Part shown: positions 9,866-19,744 of the stretch, piece after piece
Position numbering within the stretch: the first letter of the stretch is position 1
How the letters are laid out: each line of letters opens with the position of its first letter
NCBI GenBank assembly: GCA_965207075.1
Contig: CBDBLO010000002.1
Span: forward strand, 992,001 to 1,056,000
Origin: Nitrosopumilus sp.
GTDB lineage: Archaea; Thermoproteota; Nitrososphaeria; Nitrososphaerales; Nitrosopumilaceae
Direction: 5' to 3'
Length of the DNA: 64,000 nt
The notes under the pieces: model-generated
The model's input: the letters and a program-made list of their open reading frames with translations, nothing else
What the model was told of the DNA's origin: nothing
Database searches by the model: none
Made by a program: the position numbers and the translations under genes

Positions 9866-11023
9866 CTACTTTTCTGCCAGCAGCGGGTCGGGCCTGTAAA
9901 ACTCGCCGTACTCGGACGCAAGCGCCTCCAGCTCTGATGCTATCTTGCCCAATCCGATGTCCCTTGCGGTCTCAAAGAGCGGCTTTTTGAGGCCCAGCCC
10001 CAGGACGGCCGCCCTCTCTATCTCCGACTCGTCGCTTGCCCCGTTTGTGATCAGCCATGCCGCGTTGTTGACTATGTTGGCCGCAAGGTGCGTATAGTCG
10101 CATTTGTCTGCCAGCTCTTCGGACAGCTGCACCCTCTCGTACTTGTCATCCGAGTACTTGTAGAACCCCTCGCCTGACTTTTGGCCCAGGTTGCCGGCAT
10201 CAAACAGCTCCGCTATTCGCGGGTGCGGCCTGATCACCTTTTTGTCACGCAGGTGCATCTCCGCAGTGGCCTTGTGTATGACGTCCATGCCGGTAAAGTC
10301 CGCGAGCTCGAATATCCCCATGGGAAAGCCCATCCTGAACTTTACCGCCGAGTCCACCTCCTCCTTGGTGGCCCCGGTGCGGTCCATCACGTAGCAGGCC
10401 TCGTGCACCATCGGTATGAACAGCCTGTTTATTATGAACCCGGGCACGTCCCTCCTGCACGTCACCGCCTCCTTTCCGAGGGACTTTACGAGGTCCTTGG
10501 TCATGCGTACGACGTCCTGCGAGGTGGACTCCCCCGGTATGATCTCCACCAGTTTCATGAGCTGGGGCGGATTGAAAAAGTGCACCCCAATGAACCTGTC
10601 CGGCCTCGAGGTGGCTCCAGCAATCTCGGTAATTGGAAGCGTGCTCGTGTTTGACGCGAACACCACGTCCGGAGCCGCCGCCCGGTCCAGCTCGGCGTAC
10701 ACCTTTTTCTTCAGGTCCATTATCTCCGGCACCACCTCTATGACCATCTGCGTCTCACTCACCGCCTCTTCTAGGTCGACTATCGGGCTTATCCTTGCAA
10801 GCGCGGCGTCCGCCTCCTCCCGGGTCATCTTTCCCTTTGAGGCCATCTTCTGCAGGCTCCACTCTATCTTTTCCATGGCCTTGTCAAGGAACTTCTGCTC
10901 TATGTCCCTGAGCGCGACGTCGTATCCGGCAGTCGCCGCCACCTGCGCGATGCCGTGCCCCATAACCCCCGAGCCCAGTATCGTGATCCTCCGGAGCGCC
11001 ATGTCCCCCTCTCCCCTGCGCAT
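9866..11023 (-). CDS. 3-hydroxyacyl-CoA (3-hydroxybutyryl-CoA) dehydrogenase
   Basis: GSGVMGHGIA, ASNTST, HFFNPP, PGFIINR motifs; true start probably 11002. Confidence 0.93.
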   Translation of the reverse strand: MRRGEGDMALRRITILGSGVMGHGIAQVAATAGYDVALRDIEQKFLDKAMEKIEWSLQKMASKGKMTREEADAALARISPIVDLEEAVSETQMVIEVVPEIMDLKKKVYAELDRAAAPDVVFASNTSTLPITEIAGATSRPDRFIGVHFFNPPQLMKLVEIIPGESTSQDVVRMTKDLVKSLGKEAVTCRRDVPGFIINRLFIPMVHEACYVMDRTGATKEEVDSAVKFRMGFPMGIFELADFTGMDVIHKATAEMHLRDKKVIRPHPRIAELFDAGNLGQKSGEGFYKYSDDKYERVQLSEELADKCDYTHLAANIVNNAAWLITNGASDESEIERAAVLGLGLKKPLFETARDIGLGKIASELEALASEYGEFYRPDPLLAEK

Positions 11024-11055
11024 CCTTTATAATGTATCTCAGGGTTTTTTGACGT

Positions 11056-11229
11056 ATGGGGCTGTTCGGACGTCGTAACAAAGACGACGAGTCCAAGACA
11101 CGGTGCGACGTGTGCGGCACAGAACTCCACGCGCCGGAGCGACTCAAGCGCCACATGAAGAAGGCCCATGGCAACGTGCCTGAAAAGAAGATGGATCCAA
11201 ACTCGGACATCGGCGGCGGCATGTGGTAG
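11056..11229 (+). CDS. Small C2H2 zinc-finger protein (57 aa; not in ORF track)
   Basis: Hand translation MGLFGRRNKDDESKTRCDVCGTELHAPERLKRHMKKAHGNVPEKKMDPNSDIGGGMW*; C-x2-C-x12-H-x4-H; TTTATAAT box upstream. Confidence 0.8.
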   Translation: MGLFGRRNKDDESKTRCDVCGTELHAPERLKRHMKKAHGNVPEKKMDPNSDIGGGMW

Positions 11230-11294
11230 TGGACGCCGCACTTGATTGTGGCGGGACGTCACGCGCCGGATCGTTCTTGGTAGCCGCGGCGCTC

Positions 11295-11651
11295 TCAGCG
11301 CATGAGCCACGTCCAGTATCTGGCAAAGATCGACGGCTTGCTGTGGAACTTTACTGTCGCCTTGCTGCCTTGCTCCTCGAGCCCCCGCTGAACGTGGTCC
11401 AGCAGGGCCCTCTCGTCCCTTGCCCTCTCGTCCCTTGCGTGCATGTACTGTACTGTATCCCTGACAAAATCCTCCCGCACGTGTACGCCAAAGAACCACC
11501 ATCCCATTGCAAGCTGCGCCTCTGCGTCAAGCCTGTATCCGCCCCCTTCGCAGTGGGCCGCCCCGCCGAGCTCGTCTAGCATTCTTCTGATTCGGGGGGC
11601 GTCTGCATCCAGGTCCCTTGTAGCCACCTCGAAGAGCCGGATCCATTGCAT
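11295..11651 (-). CDS. Hypothetical protein
   Basis: 118-aa ORF with protein-like composition and an AT-rich box upstream. Confidence 0.65.
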   Translation of the reverse strand: MQWIRLFEVATRDLDADAPRIRRMLDELGGAAHCEGGGYRLDAEAQLAMGWWFFGVHVREDFVRDTVQYMHARDERARDERALLDHVQRGLEEQGSKATVKFHSKPSIFARYWTWLMR

Positions 11652-11760
11652 GTGTGGTGTGGGGGGACATGTGATTTAAGATATCCTTGCGCCTGCGCGC
11701 ACCCCATTGCGGTTTTTCAGTCTTGAAAATGACTTTATAGAGTGGGCGCACCGCACGCGC

Positions 11761-12180
11761 ATGGACTGCATATTCTGCCAGATACTGTCGGGCCAGATTC
11801 CCTCAAAGAGGCTCACCGAGTCCCGGCACTGCATCGCAATACTTGACGCATTTCCGCTTGCGGCCGGACACGCGCTTGTCATATCAAAAAAGCACAGTCC
11901 AAAGGTGCAGGATCTGGATCGGACGGAGATCTCCGATCTCTTTGCAACGGTGCAGGCGATGGCATCCAGAATCGAGTCCGCCATGTCGGCCGACGCGATG
12001 ATTACCGTACACAACGGGCCGGACGCGGGACAGGTGATACCCCACGTCCACGTCCACGTAATCCCGCGTACTGCCGGTGATCGCGCGGGACACATACCAG
12101 ACCTGTTCCATGGCAGCGCAACAGAGGCGCCCGGATACGACGCCGATGCGCTGCACGCCCTGTTAAAGGACAACGATTAG
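11761..12180 (+). CDS. HIT family hydrolase
   Basis: MDCIFC start and AGQVIPHVHVHVIPR histidine triad. Confidence 0.93.
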   Translation: MDCIFCQILSGQIPSKRLTESRHCIAILDAFPLAAGHALVISKKHSPKVQDLDRTEISDLFATVQAMASRIESAMSADAMITVHNGPDAGQVIPHVHVHVIPRTAGDRAGHIPDLFHGSATEAPGYDADALHALLKDND

Positions 12181-12251
12181 CCACCCCCTGAGGCGTCCCC
12201 GACGCCATGGGATGCTGCGGCTGCGCTGCGCATAGGCACGGGCGTCTGGCG

Positions 12252-13004
12252 TCAGTGCGGAAACAGTCTCTCATGCGTGTCCACGTTCTCCACCCTTATG
12301 GCCTTTGTGGGACACGTCTCGGCCGCGTTCATTATCTTGTTTATGCCCGCTCCCCTGGGGTTGATTACAGACGACTTTGGGTTCATCATGCTCTGCTTGT
12401 TTATCTCAAATACGTCGGGGGCTATAATCTCGCAGCTGCAGCATCCTATGCAGAGGCTCTCGTCCACATCCACGGACAGGTTGGGCTGCCTGTTGGGCTC
12501 GGACGCTTTCTCGTATTCGCCGTTCCTGCCGCCGGCGTCCACCTTGGCGTTGTAGTCCTCCCAGAACTTTCTTTCATACTCTTTCCAAAAGTCGGGATCC
12601 TCGTCCTCGATGTGCTTGGTGAACTTGCTCCAGTCCTGCTCTGGGATCGTGCCGTCCTGCGGGCCTGCCCCCCACTGGGCCCTGTTTCTTTCTCCGGCAC
12701 CGCCCGGCTCCCCCCGATGCCGGTATTGGGAACCGGGTTCGGCACCGTTGCCGCTGCCCCTTCTCCCCCCCTTCATCGCCGCGTCGCTGTACTCTCCCGC
12801 GCCGTCGCCGGTCTTGGCGGCTGAAGTATGGCCGTCGCTTTTGAGATGGTTGTACGCCTCTGTTATTCTCTTAAACTCGCTCCCGTCCCCACTGTTGCGG
12901 TCCGGATGCAGCTCGAGCGCCATTCGGCGGTATGCGGCCCTGATCTCATCCTGTGTGGAGTCCTTGCTGACGTTGAGGGTGCGGAGGGCTTGGTAGGTGT
13001 TCAC
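12252..13004 (-). CDS. DnaJ-domain/ferredoxin fusion (DnaJ-Fer)
   Basis: J domain with HPD; C-terminal CIGCCSC..CP ferredoxin motif. Confidence 0.9.
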   Translation of the reverse strand: MNTYQALRTLNVSKDSTQDEIRAAYRRMALELHPDRNSGDGSEFKRITEAYNHLKSDGHTSAAKTGDGAGEYSDAAMKGGRRGSGNGAEPGSQYRHRGEPGGAGERNRAQWGAGPQDGTIPEQDWSKFTKHIEDEDPDFWKEYERKFWEDYNAKVDAGGRNGEYEKASEPNRQPNLSVDVDESLCIGCCSCEIIAPDVFEINKQSMMNPKSSVINPRGAGINKIMNAAETCPTKAIRVENVDTHERLFPH

Positions 13005-13054
13005 AGATGTTGTTGCTGCATACTGGGTTAAAAGCGATTACCCAGTAGGACATC

Positions 13055-13275
13055 TCGGCAAGCTGCAGTCTGGCTTGTCCTTGCGCTGCTATTACAAATC
13101 CTGCCGGTTTGGGGACGATCTTGATGGGCGCGGTCCGCGCCGCAAGGCGGCGCGTCGAATCCGACACTTCCCTAGTTCGGTTGTGCGCCCGCGGCTTGGC
13201 GCCCGCGTACATCCGGAAGAGCACCACGGGCCGGCTGGCCTGGGCATGGACGGGCAGATGAAATCCCATCCCAGT
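13055..13275 (+). ncRNA. Candidate structured ncRNA of unknown family
   Basis: Intergenic; long-range complementary segments with G-U pairs on + strand and a GCAA-capped hairpin; boundaries approximate. Confidence 0.45.
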
Positions 13276-13321
13276 GCGCGCCGCCTGAAATCTATTTAAC
13301 GTACGTGGACGGTCACGAGCT

Positions 13322-14032
13322 ATGGCCGAAAGCTATGCCTCGTCCACTGATGTTATAGTGCTGCGCCCCATGATGGACGAGGCGGCGGCAAGGGCGCTCA
13401 TCGAACGCAAAAAGCAGTCGCTGTTTGGATCCCTCTTGTCGCAACCAAAGGCGGGCGCGGTGCGTCTGCAGAAGATCCAGCTGTCATACGAATGCCTGCG
13501 GACGGTATCCGGCAGGTACGAGGCCGACTACATGCGCAACGCCACCTACACCATCACCGTGGACAAGTCCGTGAGGCGCGTGGTGGTGGGCGAGACTTCA
13601 TTTGGCCTGCGGCGGCAGTCGCGCCTCAAGAAGGCACTCTCGCCGCGGCGTGGGAAGAACAAGATCGACCTAGACCTCCAGGAGCACGTGGCATTCGACT
13701 CGTCCCTTGAGATTACGTTTGATACGGCCGGAAACGAGATCAAAATGCCAAAGTACAAGGTGTCGCCGGAGACCACCGAGGCGCGCCCCGAGTCCATCAT
13801 AAACGACGAGGCCCTTGCAAAGAAGCCGTCCCTCGAGCGCGAGGACGCCGTCTCAATACTGGAGGGGCGACTCAAGTCCCCCCTCGAGCCTGACATTGAG
13901 GACCTGTCTGAGCAGTTCGACCTTGGCTCCATAGTGGAGACGTACGTGCCCATATTCGAGGCCCGCGTGCGGGGGCCTGACAACAAGGCGGCAATCATCC
14001 GCATTGATGCGGCGCGCAAAAAGATCATCTGA
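13322..14032 (+). CDS. Hypothetical protein
   Basis: 236-aa ORF; TATTTAAC box about 22 nt upstream. Confidence 0.8.
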   Translation: MAESYASSTDVIVLRPMMDEAAARALIERKKQSLFGSLLSQPKAGAVRLQKIQLSYECLRTVSGRYEADYMRNATYTITVDKSVRRVVVGETSFGLRRQSRLKKALSPRRGKNKIDLDLQEHVAFDSSLEITFDTAGNEIKMPKYKVSPETTEARPESIINDEALAKKPSLEREDAVSILEGRLKSPLEPDIEDLSEQFDLGSIVETYVPIFEARVRGPDNKAAIIRIDAARKKII

Positions 14033-14340
14033 TGCCGCGAAAATTCCGCGAGCGTCAAAGCCACTGGTTACTGATGGCGGTGGCGTTGACGACGGTGGCG
14101 GCGGCGGCAATAACCCTAATGACGGCTGCATGGTGATTGTGGCGGCAATGGCCGCGACGGCAATGCGCAAACTTGCACGCGGCCTGGAAAGGCGCTGACC
14201 TGACGCAGGCCGCCGTCACCGCCGCGCACACCCGGTGCGGCCGCATCCGGGTGCGCCTGGGGCTGCGCCGCCCTCTCCTTTGTGGGCGGCACCGGCCAAC
14301 ACCATCACTGTATTTATTGGGATGCCGCCGATTTGCATCA

Positions 14341-15354
14341 TTGAAGATTGCGGTAATGGGCATGGGGGTGGCAGGCTCCTACCTGATGGCGCGCCTGGCC
14401 GGCACCGGCCACGACGTGGCCGGGTACGAGATGATGCCCGAGGAGCGCCACGACTCCATATGCGCCTGGGGGACCATAAGGCCCGTCCTTGAGGAGTTCT
14501 GCTCAAAGGTGGGCGTGGACTTTGGCAGGTTCCTGATACACGACGGCAGGCAGATGAGCGTGCGCATGAACAACGGCGTCGGGTTCGACATCGGGCTGCA
14601 CGGCCTGTGCACCTACAACAAGCTGGGGCTCATAAAGGAGTTCATAAAGGACGCGGACGTCACGTACGGCAAGCCCCCCGCCCTCGGGGATCTGGAGTCC
14701 GAATATGACGTGATCGTGGACTGCACGGGCTTCCACAGGGCCTACCTGCCAAAGCTCGAGAAGGACTTCTTCCTGCCCACGTACGAGTACAAGGTCGAGT
14801 ACGAGGGGGGCGTCCCGTATGACGACTTTTACATCGAGCCGTTCCCCGGCATGTCCGGCTACTTTTGGTACTTTCCGCTCGGCGAAAAATGGGCCCACGT
14901 CGGGGCGGGCGACTACAACAAGAACCACGTAAAGGCCACGGACGCCTTTCTGAAAAAGCACGGGGGCAAGATACTGCAGACAAAGGGCAGGCCCATCAGG
15001 CTTGCCACCCCCAACAAGTGCAAGCCGTTTTACAGCGGCAAGGTGGTCGGCGTGGGCGAGTCGATCGGGACCGTATACGCCCTGCTCGGCGAGGGGATCA
15101 TACCGTCGATGCAGTGCGCCGAGATATTCCTGGAGAACATTGGGGACTTTGCCGCGTACGAGAGGGCCGTCGACGAGCACTACAAGGTATACTCCAAGGT
15201 GTTCAACTTTGTGCACTCAAAGATACGCAAGGACTTTAGCCTTGTGAGGTCGCTGCCGGACTTTATCTCCATATTCAGGTACATGAAAAAGCACGAGGAC
15301 AGGTTCGGGATGGACATACGCATGGCGGACCTGATAAAGGTCGCCAAGGCCTGA
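14341..15354 (+). CDS. FAD-dependent oxidoreductase, geranylgeranyl reductase-like
   Basis: KIAVMGMGVAGS dinucleotide-binding motif, GYFWYFP, VGESIG..GEGI; TTG start inferred. Confidence 0.88.
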   Translation: MKIAVMGMGVAGSYLMARLAGTGHDVAGYEMMPEERHDSICAWGTIRPVLEEFCSKVGVDFGRFLIHDGRQMSVRMNNGVGFDIGLHGLCTYNKLGLIKEFIKDADVTYGKPPALGDLESEYDVIVDCTGFHRAYLPKLEKDFFLPTYEYKVEYEGGVPYDDFYIEPFPGMSGYFWYFPLGEKWAHVGAGDYNKNHVKATDAFLKKHGGKILQTKGRPIRLATPNKCKPFYSGKVVGVGESIGTVYALLGEGIIPSMQCAEIFLENIGDFAAYERAVDEHYKVYSKVFNFVHSKIRKDFSLVRSLPDFISIFRYMKKHEDRFGMDIRMADLIKVAKA

Positions 15355-15356
15355 CC

Positions 15357-16103
15357 TCACATTATGGACGAGCAGCCGAGGGACTCGCGCTCAGTCCTGG
15401 CAGACGCCAGGTTGTAGTCCCGTATTATAACAGAATAGTCCTCTATCTCCGGCATCATACCGGCCGTGCTGTCTGCCAGGTAGAACCCCGGGCAGTCCCC
15501 CGTGAACTGGTACGTGGCATGTATCCTGGCAGCCCCGCCGTCGTTCTGGGTCCAGGTGGTAAACGGGTACAGGTAGCACACGCCGGGCCTCGAGGGGTGC
15601 ATGCTGCATCCCCCCTCCTCGTCTAGGAACCTGCACGGTATGCGCGTCCCGTCTTCTGACGCGGTCTCGCCCTCCTTCCGCTTGAGGTTGATCGTGGTCA
15701 TTACGGTCTCTTGGCCGCCGCCTGCCCCGCCCCCCGACGAGTACGTGGCAGTTATGGTCTCCTTCCTGACGAACTCTGATGTCTTTGAATACTTGAGGCC
15801 CGCCCCTATCACGATCAGGTCGTCGGCCGTAAGCGGCAGCCTCCCCTGCCTCTCGCAGCAGTTGTGGCAGTCCGGCCACAGGCACTTCCACAGCACGTAC
15901 CTTGAGTGTTCGTTGAGGTACGGTATGTGGAACGTCACGCCGCCGTGCGTTATGACGTGGTCCGAGACGTCGCCAGTCCTTCCCAGCATGAACTCTTCGA
16001 GGACGGGATCCACGCTCCAGTCCTTTTTGAGCAGCTCAAGCGAGTCTGCAATCTCCTTCTGCTCTGGGGATGCGTACCCCTGGCGCGCGTCGTGCTGTGG
16101 CAT
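15357..16103 (-). CDS. YkgJ-family cysteine cluster protein
   Basis: CxxxxCxxCC, CRFL..C..H..RPGVCYLYPF motifs; start trimmed to avoid the tRNA. Confidence 0.85.
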   Translation of the reverse strand: MPQHDARQGYASPEQKEIADSLELLKKDWSVDPVLEEFMLGRTGDVSDHVITHGGVTFHIPYLNEHSRYVLWKCLWPDCHNCCERQGRLPLTADDLIVIGAGLKYSKTSEFVRKETITATYSSGGGAGGGQETVMTTINLKRKEGETASEDGTRIPCRFLDEEGGCSMHPSRPGVCYLYPFTTWTQNDGGAARIHATYQFTGDCPGFYLADSTAGMMPEIEDYSVIIRDYNLASARTERESLGCSSIM

Positions 16104-16234
16104 GCGTCTTGTGGGGGGGAGGTTTGCGTTATAATGGTTGCCAGACGGATGCATGCGCCGCGATTCGCCGTCCTGAAAATGTACATAAAGCGGTTGCAAA
16201 ACATTATATGTTTTTTTGACGGCGTACGTCCGGT

Positions 16235-16338
16235 AGCCCGATAGTCTAGTTCGGTCAAACCCATCGGGCCAAGGATTCTGCCCTCTGGATCTCAGGAGAG
16301 GATAGGCAGAGACGGCAGTTCGAATCTGCCTCGGGCTA
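16235..16338 (+). tRNA. tRNA-Gln(CUG) with two introns (16259-16272 in D arm; about 16289-16303 at 37/38)
   Basis: Acceptor AGCCCGA/TCGGGCT, T-loop GTTCGAATC, anticodon stem CTGCC/GGCAG; the cloverleaf forms only after both inserts are removed. Confidence 0.85.
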
Positions 16339-16417
16339 CTGTTTTGCACTCATGACGCCCGCGCGGCCGCGGCATTCCCCGGGGATAGTCTGGGCTCTGG
16401 CCGTTTCTGGGCCCGGG

Positions 16418-17233
16418 TCATCTCGACGCCTGCGCTATCCTCTCAAGCTCGTTCTTCTTTTTTACCGACGGGGCTGCCGGGTCGTTTGCGGCTGCCATCA
16501 TCAGCTGCTCTGCCATGTGCTCTTCTATGGGCTTTGGGTTTGAAAAGGTGGCCTCTTTTATCGCGTCGGAGATGAACTTTAGCGCGAGGTCCACCCTGCG
16601 TATGGGGGCAACGTCGACTGAGACGTGGTATACGGTCCCGCCGTATACTATCCTGGTGGTGTCCTCGTTGGGGGCGGAGAACTCGACGGCCCTGACAAGC
16701 ACCTCGACGGGGTTCTTGCCGCCGCTCTTTATGTTAATGATGTCAAACGCGGATTTTACCGTGTTGAGCACCTTTGTCTTCTTGCCGGACATCCTGCCCG
16801 TGTTCTTTGCGTACTTTTTCCCAAAGTGCATCGTCTTGTTCATGAGCCTCTCGACGATGTTGGCATCGGCCTTGTTGAAGCGCTTTAGCGCGGATCTGCC
16901 AAACGTGTGCGGCATAATCTGCTTCCTGAGCGATATGGCCGTCTTGAGGCCGGGATCCACTATCTCTATGCCCGAGACGTCCCATTTGCGGAAGACCAGC
17001 ATGTCTTGGGGCTCTGGAATCCTGGCCTTTTTCTGGGAGGCGGACTTTTTGGGCTTGCCGCCGTCACCCTTGGGCTCTGTCGGTGCCGCGCTCTCCCCTG
17101 CGGCGTCCGGCGTGTCTGCGGGAGATTCTGTTGCCACCGGTGCTGCTGCTGCTGCTGCTGCTGGTGCCTCCGCCGCGTCTTTGCCCTGCTCGCCGCCGCT
17201 GTCCACTTTCTCCTCGTCTGCTGCCATAATCAA
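16418..17233 (-). CDS. rps7: 30S ribosomal protein S7 with low-complexity N-terminal extension
   Basis: FRKWD, NPVEVLVRAV, ELERIAQASR motifs. Confidence 0.95.
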   Translation of the reverse strand: MIMAADEEKVDSGGEQGKDAAEAPAAAAAAAPVATESPADTPDAAGESAAPTEPKGDGGKPKKSASQKKARIPEPQDMLVFRKWDVSGIEIVDPGLKTAISLRKQIMPHTFGRSALKRFNKADANIVERLMNKTMHFGKKYAKNTGRMSGKKTKVLNTVKSAFDIINIKSGGKNPVEVLVRAVEFSAPNEDTTRIVYGGTVYHVSVDVAPIRRVDLALKFISDAIKEATFSNPKPIEEHMAEQLMMAAANDPAAPSVKKKNELERIAQASR

Positions 17234-17240
17234 CCACGTC

Positions 17241-17678
17241 CTAGCGCCTGGGCTTTTCCTTTTTGCCTATCACAAGCTCGTGCAGTGATGTGCCGTTTAC
17301 CTTGAATACCTTGAACCTCACGCCCGGCAGGTCGCCCATGGCACCGCCTTGGGTGGCCCCCATTCCGTGTATGTGGACCTCGTCGTGCTCGTCTATAAAG
17401 TTCATCGCGCCGTCACGGGGCAGGAACGCAGTCACGGTCTTGCCATTCTTTATGAGCTGCACCCTGATGCACTTTCTCACCGCCGAGTTGGGCTGCTTTG
17501 CAGCTATGCCTACCTTTTCAAGGACTATTCCGCGCGCCTGCGGGGAGCCCCCCAGCGGGTCGGCCTTTTTGTCTATGCCAAGCTCTCGGCGCTTGTACGT
17601 GGATATGGACCATCTCTGTCCCTTCTTCTTGGCAGTCAGGACCCTTCCTGCAAACAGGCCGAGCGGTGATTTTCTCAT
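17241..17678 (-). CDS. rps12: 30S ribosomal protein S12
   Basis: [11 protein letters not shown] and [10 protein letters not shown] motifs. Confidence 0.97.
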   Translation of the reverse strand: MRKSPLGLFAGRVLTAKKKGQRWSISTYKRRELGIDKKADPLGGSPQARGIVLEKVGIAAKQPNSAVRKCIRVQLIKNGKTVTAFLPRDGAMNFIDEHDEVHIHGMGATQGGAMGDLPGVRFKVFKVNGTSLHELVIGKKEKPRR

Positions 17679-17681
17679 TGC

Positions 17682-18146
17682 CTACAGCTCCATGGCCGCC
17701 CTTTCGGGGCCGTTTATTAACACGTGGGTGATGCCAAAGTACCTCTTTGCAAGCATTCTTGCCTTTTGGGCGTTTCTGCCCTCCCTGCCCACCACGATGC
17801 CTTTCTTCTGGGGGTCGACCGTAACTACCGCTTGCTTTGTACCGTCGTTGCGGCTTGTCATTTTTACGTCCATTACCAGCTTTGGATTGAGTAGGTTTGA
17901 AAGGAACTTTGTGGGATCCGCGTCAAACTCGACGAGCTCGACGCTCTTTTTTATCATGTTCTGCAGCGACTTTATGTGCATCCCGCCCTTTCCGATGGCC
18001 AGCCCCATCTTGCCGGTGCTGACTATGAATATGACGCGGTTCTGGTTTTCTTCTTCGATGCAATCCTTTGCAGTCGCGCCGGTCACGTTCTGAAAGAGTG
18101 ACATGAGGCGCATCTGTTCGGTGGATAACTTTATTGATTGTGCCAT
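17682..18146 (-). CDS. nusA: Archaeal NusA (KH domains)
   Basis: GLAIGKGG and VVGREGRN KH motifs; sits between rpl30e and rps12. Confidence 0.93.
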   Translation of the reverse strand: MAQSIKLSTEQMRLMSLFQNVTGATAKDCIEEENQNRVIFIVSTGKMGLAIGKGGMHIKSLQNMIKKSVELVEFDADPTKFLSNLLNPKLVMDVKMTSRNDGTKQAVVTVDPQKKGIVVGREGRNAQKARMLAKRYFGITHVLINGPERAAMEL

Positions 18147-18257
18147 GAAAAATACCTGTCTACCTCTGATGATAACGCGATTTGGCAATATTATTTAAAG
18201 CTTGATTGGCCGCCATAGTCGTCATATTCGTACGCCCCGCACTAGGATCCTTCCGCG

Positions 18258-18596
18258 TCATGCCCCCTCATCCTTTGTTATCTCGTTGACGTTGATCTCT
18301 GCAAGTGGGGAGAATGCGACTGCCGACGTGCGGAACTGCAGGCCGCACAACCTGCCTAGGGCCACCGACGTGCCCTCAAAGATGACTGCCGGTATGCTGT
18401 TCTTCTCTGCTTCTTGTATTATGCTGCTGGCGTCGGCGTCGCCTGACGCTGATGCCGCGGAATCCGCGGACCTGGACACCACCACAAGCTTGGAGTCCTT
18501 GAGCGCCCCGAGCACCTGCTTTACGCCCAGCGTGAGGTTTCCCTCCTTGGAGGCGTCCTTCAGGGATTTTTCTAGCGCCTTGTTCACAGGCCGCAT
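18258..18596 (-). CDS. rpl30e: 50S ribosomal protein L30e
   Basis: GNLTLGVKQV and GTSVALGRLCG; conserved operon position. Confidence 0.88.
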   Translation of the reverse strand: MRPVNKALEKSLKDASKEGNLTLGVKQVLGALKDSKLVVVSRSADSAASASGDADASSIIQEAEKNSIPAVIFEGTSVALGRLCGLQFRTSAVAFSPLAEINVNEITKDEGA

Positions 18597-18696
18597 TACC
18601 CGCGCAGGTGATTTATAGCTTGAGAATTGGGATGCCCGCGTGGGTTGCCGCGCGTCTGACGATCATGCTTTTTAGTGGCGCGCTTGCTGTACGCGC

Positions 18697-19026
18697 ATGA
18701 ATGACGCGATTCTGAAAAAACTACGTGAAAAGGCGGCCGAGACAGAGTCAAACCGTGACGAGGTGTGCAGGCTTGCACGGCTGGTTGCCGCGGGGCTGGG
18801 GGATGAAGGCGCCGATAGTGGTTACGGTGGCGCCACTGCCGCTGCCGCTGATACGGACCGCATTCATTACGTTGCGGCAGGCATTGCTGCAGGAAGGCTG
18901 TACAACGCGTTTTATTATCAGACCCGGCGCCAGCTGCGCAGGGATCCGACCCCAAAAGAGTTTGAGGAGTTTGCAGATCTCATGCAGAAGCACGGTTGGT
19001 GGCGCGACGCGTCAGCCCTCTGCTAG
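18697..19026 (+). CDS. Hypothetical protein
   Basis: 109-aa ORF with GIAAGRLYNAFYYQTRR..RDPT segment. Confidence 0.7.
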   Translation: MNDAILKKLREKAAETESNRDEVCRLARLVAAGLGDEGADSGYGGATAAAADTDRIHYVAAGIAAGRLYNAFYYQTRRQLRRDPTPKEFEEFADLMQKHGWWRDASALC

Positions 19027-19532
19027 GGCGACGGCTTGTTCCAGCTGACCACCTGTATTGCAGGGGTTCCGGGAAGCTTTACGCATGCGGCTTTTAGCGC
19101 CTTCTTTGCCGCCTCGCGGTGGTCGTCCCCGTTGACGTACAGTTCCATTATGCACTGTCCCTGTTTGACCCTTGCGCCCAGGCTGGTCGCCTTGCCCCAG
19201 GCCCTGCGCATGCCCTCCTGAAGCCTGTCTGCTCCTGCCGCGGCTATCATCTTGTTCTCGCGCAGGAGGTTGTGTGGATATATCCTCAGGCGCGAATAGT
19301 ATCCCGTCTCGCCGGTCGTCTTTTCCAGCGTCTTGTTTGCGGCCAGTCGGGTCGATTCTATTGCCATGTGCCTGATCTGCATGCTCTCGTTTATGAGCAG
19401 CTGGACGCAGTATTGGTACGTGCCCCTTTTGCCTCCCTGGAACTTTGCTATCTTTATCTGCGGCTTTCCCTTTATGTACTCCTTGCGCGTAAACGGCTGT
19501 CCTGTGCCGTTGCGGTAGTTGGCCCCGTGCAT
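19023..19532 (-). CDS. rpl10e: 50S ribosomal protein L10e (uL16)
   Basis: LRENKM..GADRLQEGMRRAWGK motif. Confidence 0.96.
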   Translation of the reverse strand: MHGANYRNGTGQPFTRKEYIKGKPQIKIAKFQGGKRGTYQYCVQLLINESMQIRHMAIESTRLAANKTLEKTTGETGYYSRLRIYPHNLLRENKMIAAAGADRLQEGMRRAWGKATSLGARVKQGQCIMELYVNGDDHREAAKKALKAACVKLPGTPAIQVVSWNKPSP

Positions 19533-19744
19533 GCACTGGCCGTCTGATCCCCTTATTTTAACGGTTAAGGAAGCGGCGGAGGGTGAAAGGGAAGGGGAAG
19601 CGAGGGGCGGCTATGAGTATCCTGGGGAATCCCGGGTGTTTCCGACACCGATCATCGCGCCACGCGGCGCATGCCGCGGACGCTGCTGAATCCTGCCAGT
19701 CTTGCGCCAAGACGGCACCGGTGGCGCAATCTCCGGCGCGAGTG

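Noticed and set aside
13041-13275. SRP RNA or RNase P RNA
   Set aside because: A CAGG..AGCA segment on the minus strand resembles SRP helix 8, but there is no GNRA loop or Alu-like 5' domain, and the RNase P conserved regions are absent. Kept only as an unknown ncRNA candidate.
16104-16349. N-terminal extension of ORF 15357-16349
   Set aside because: It overlaps the tRNA-Gln gene and its promoter; the real start is downstream.
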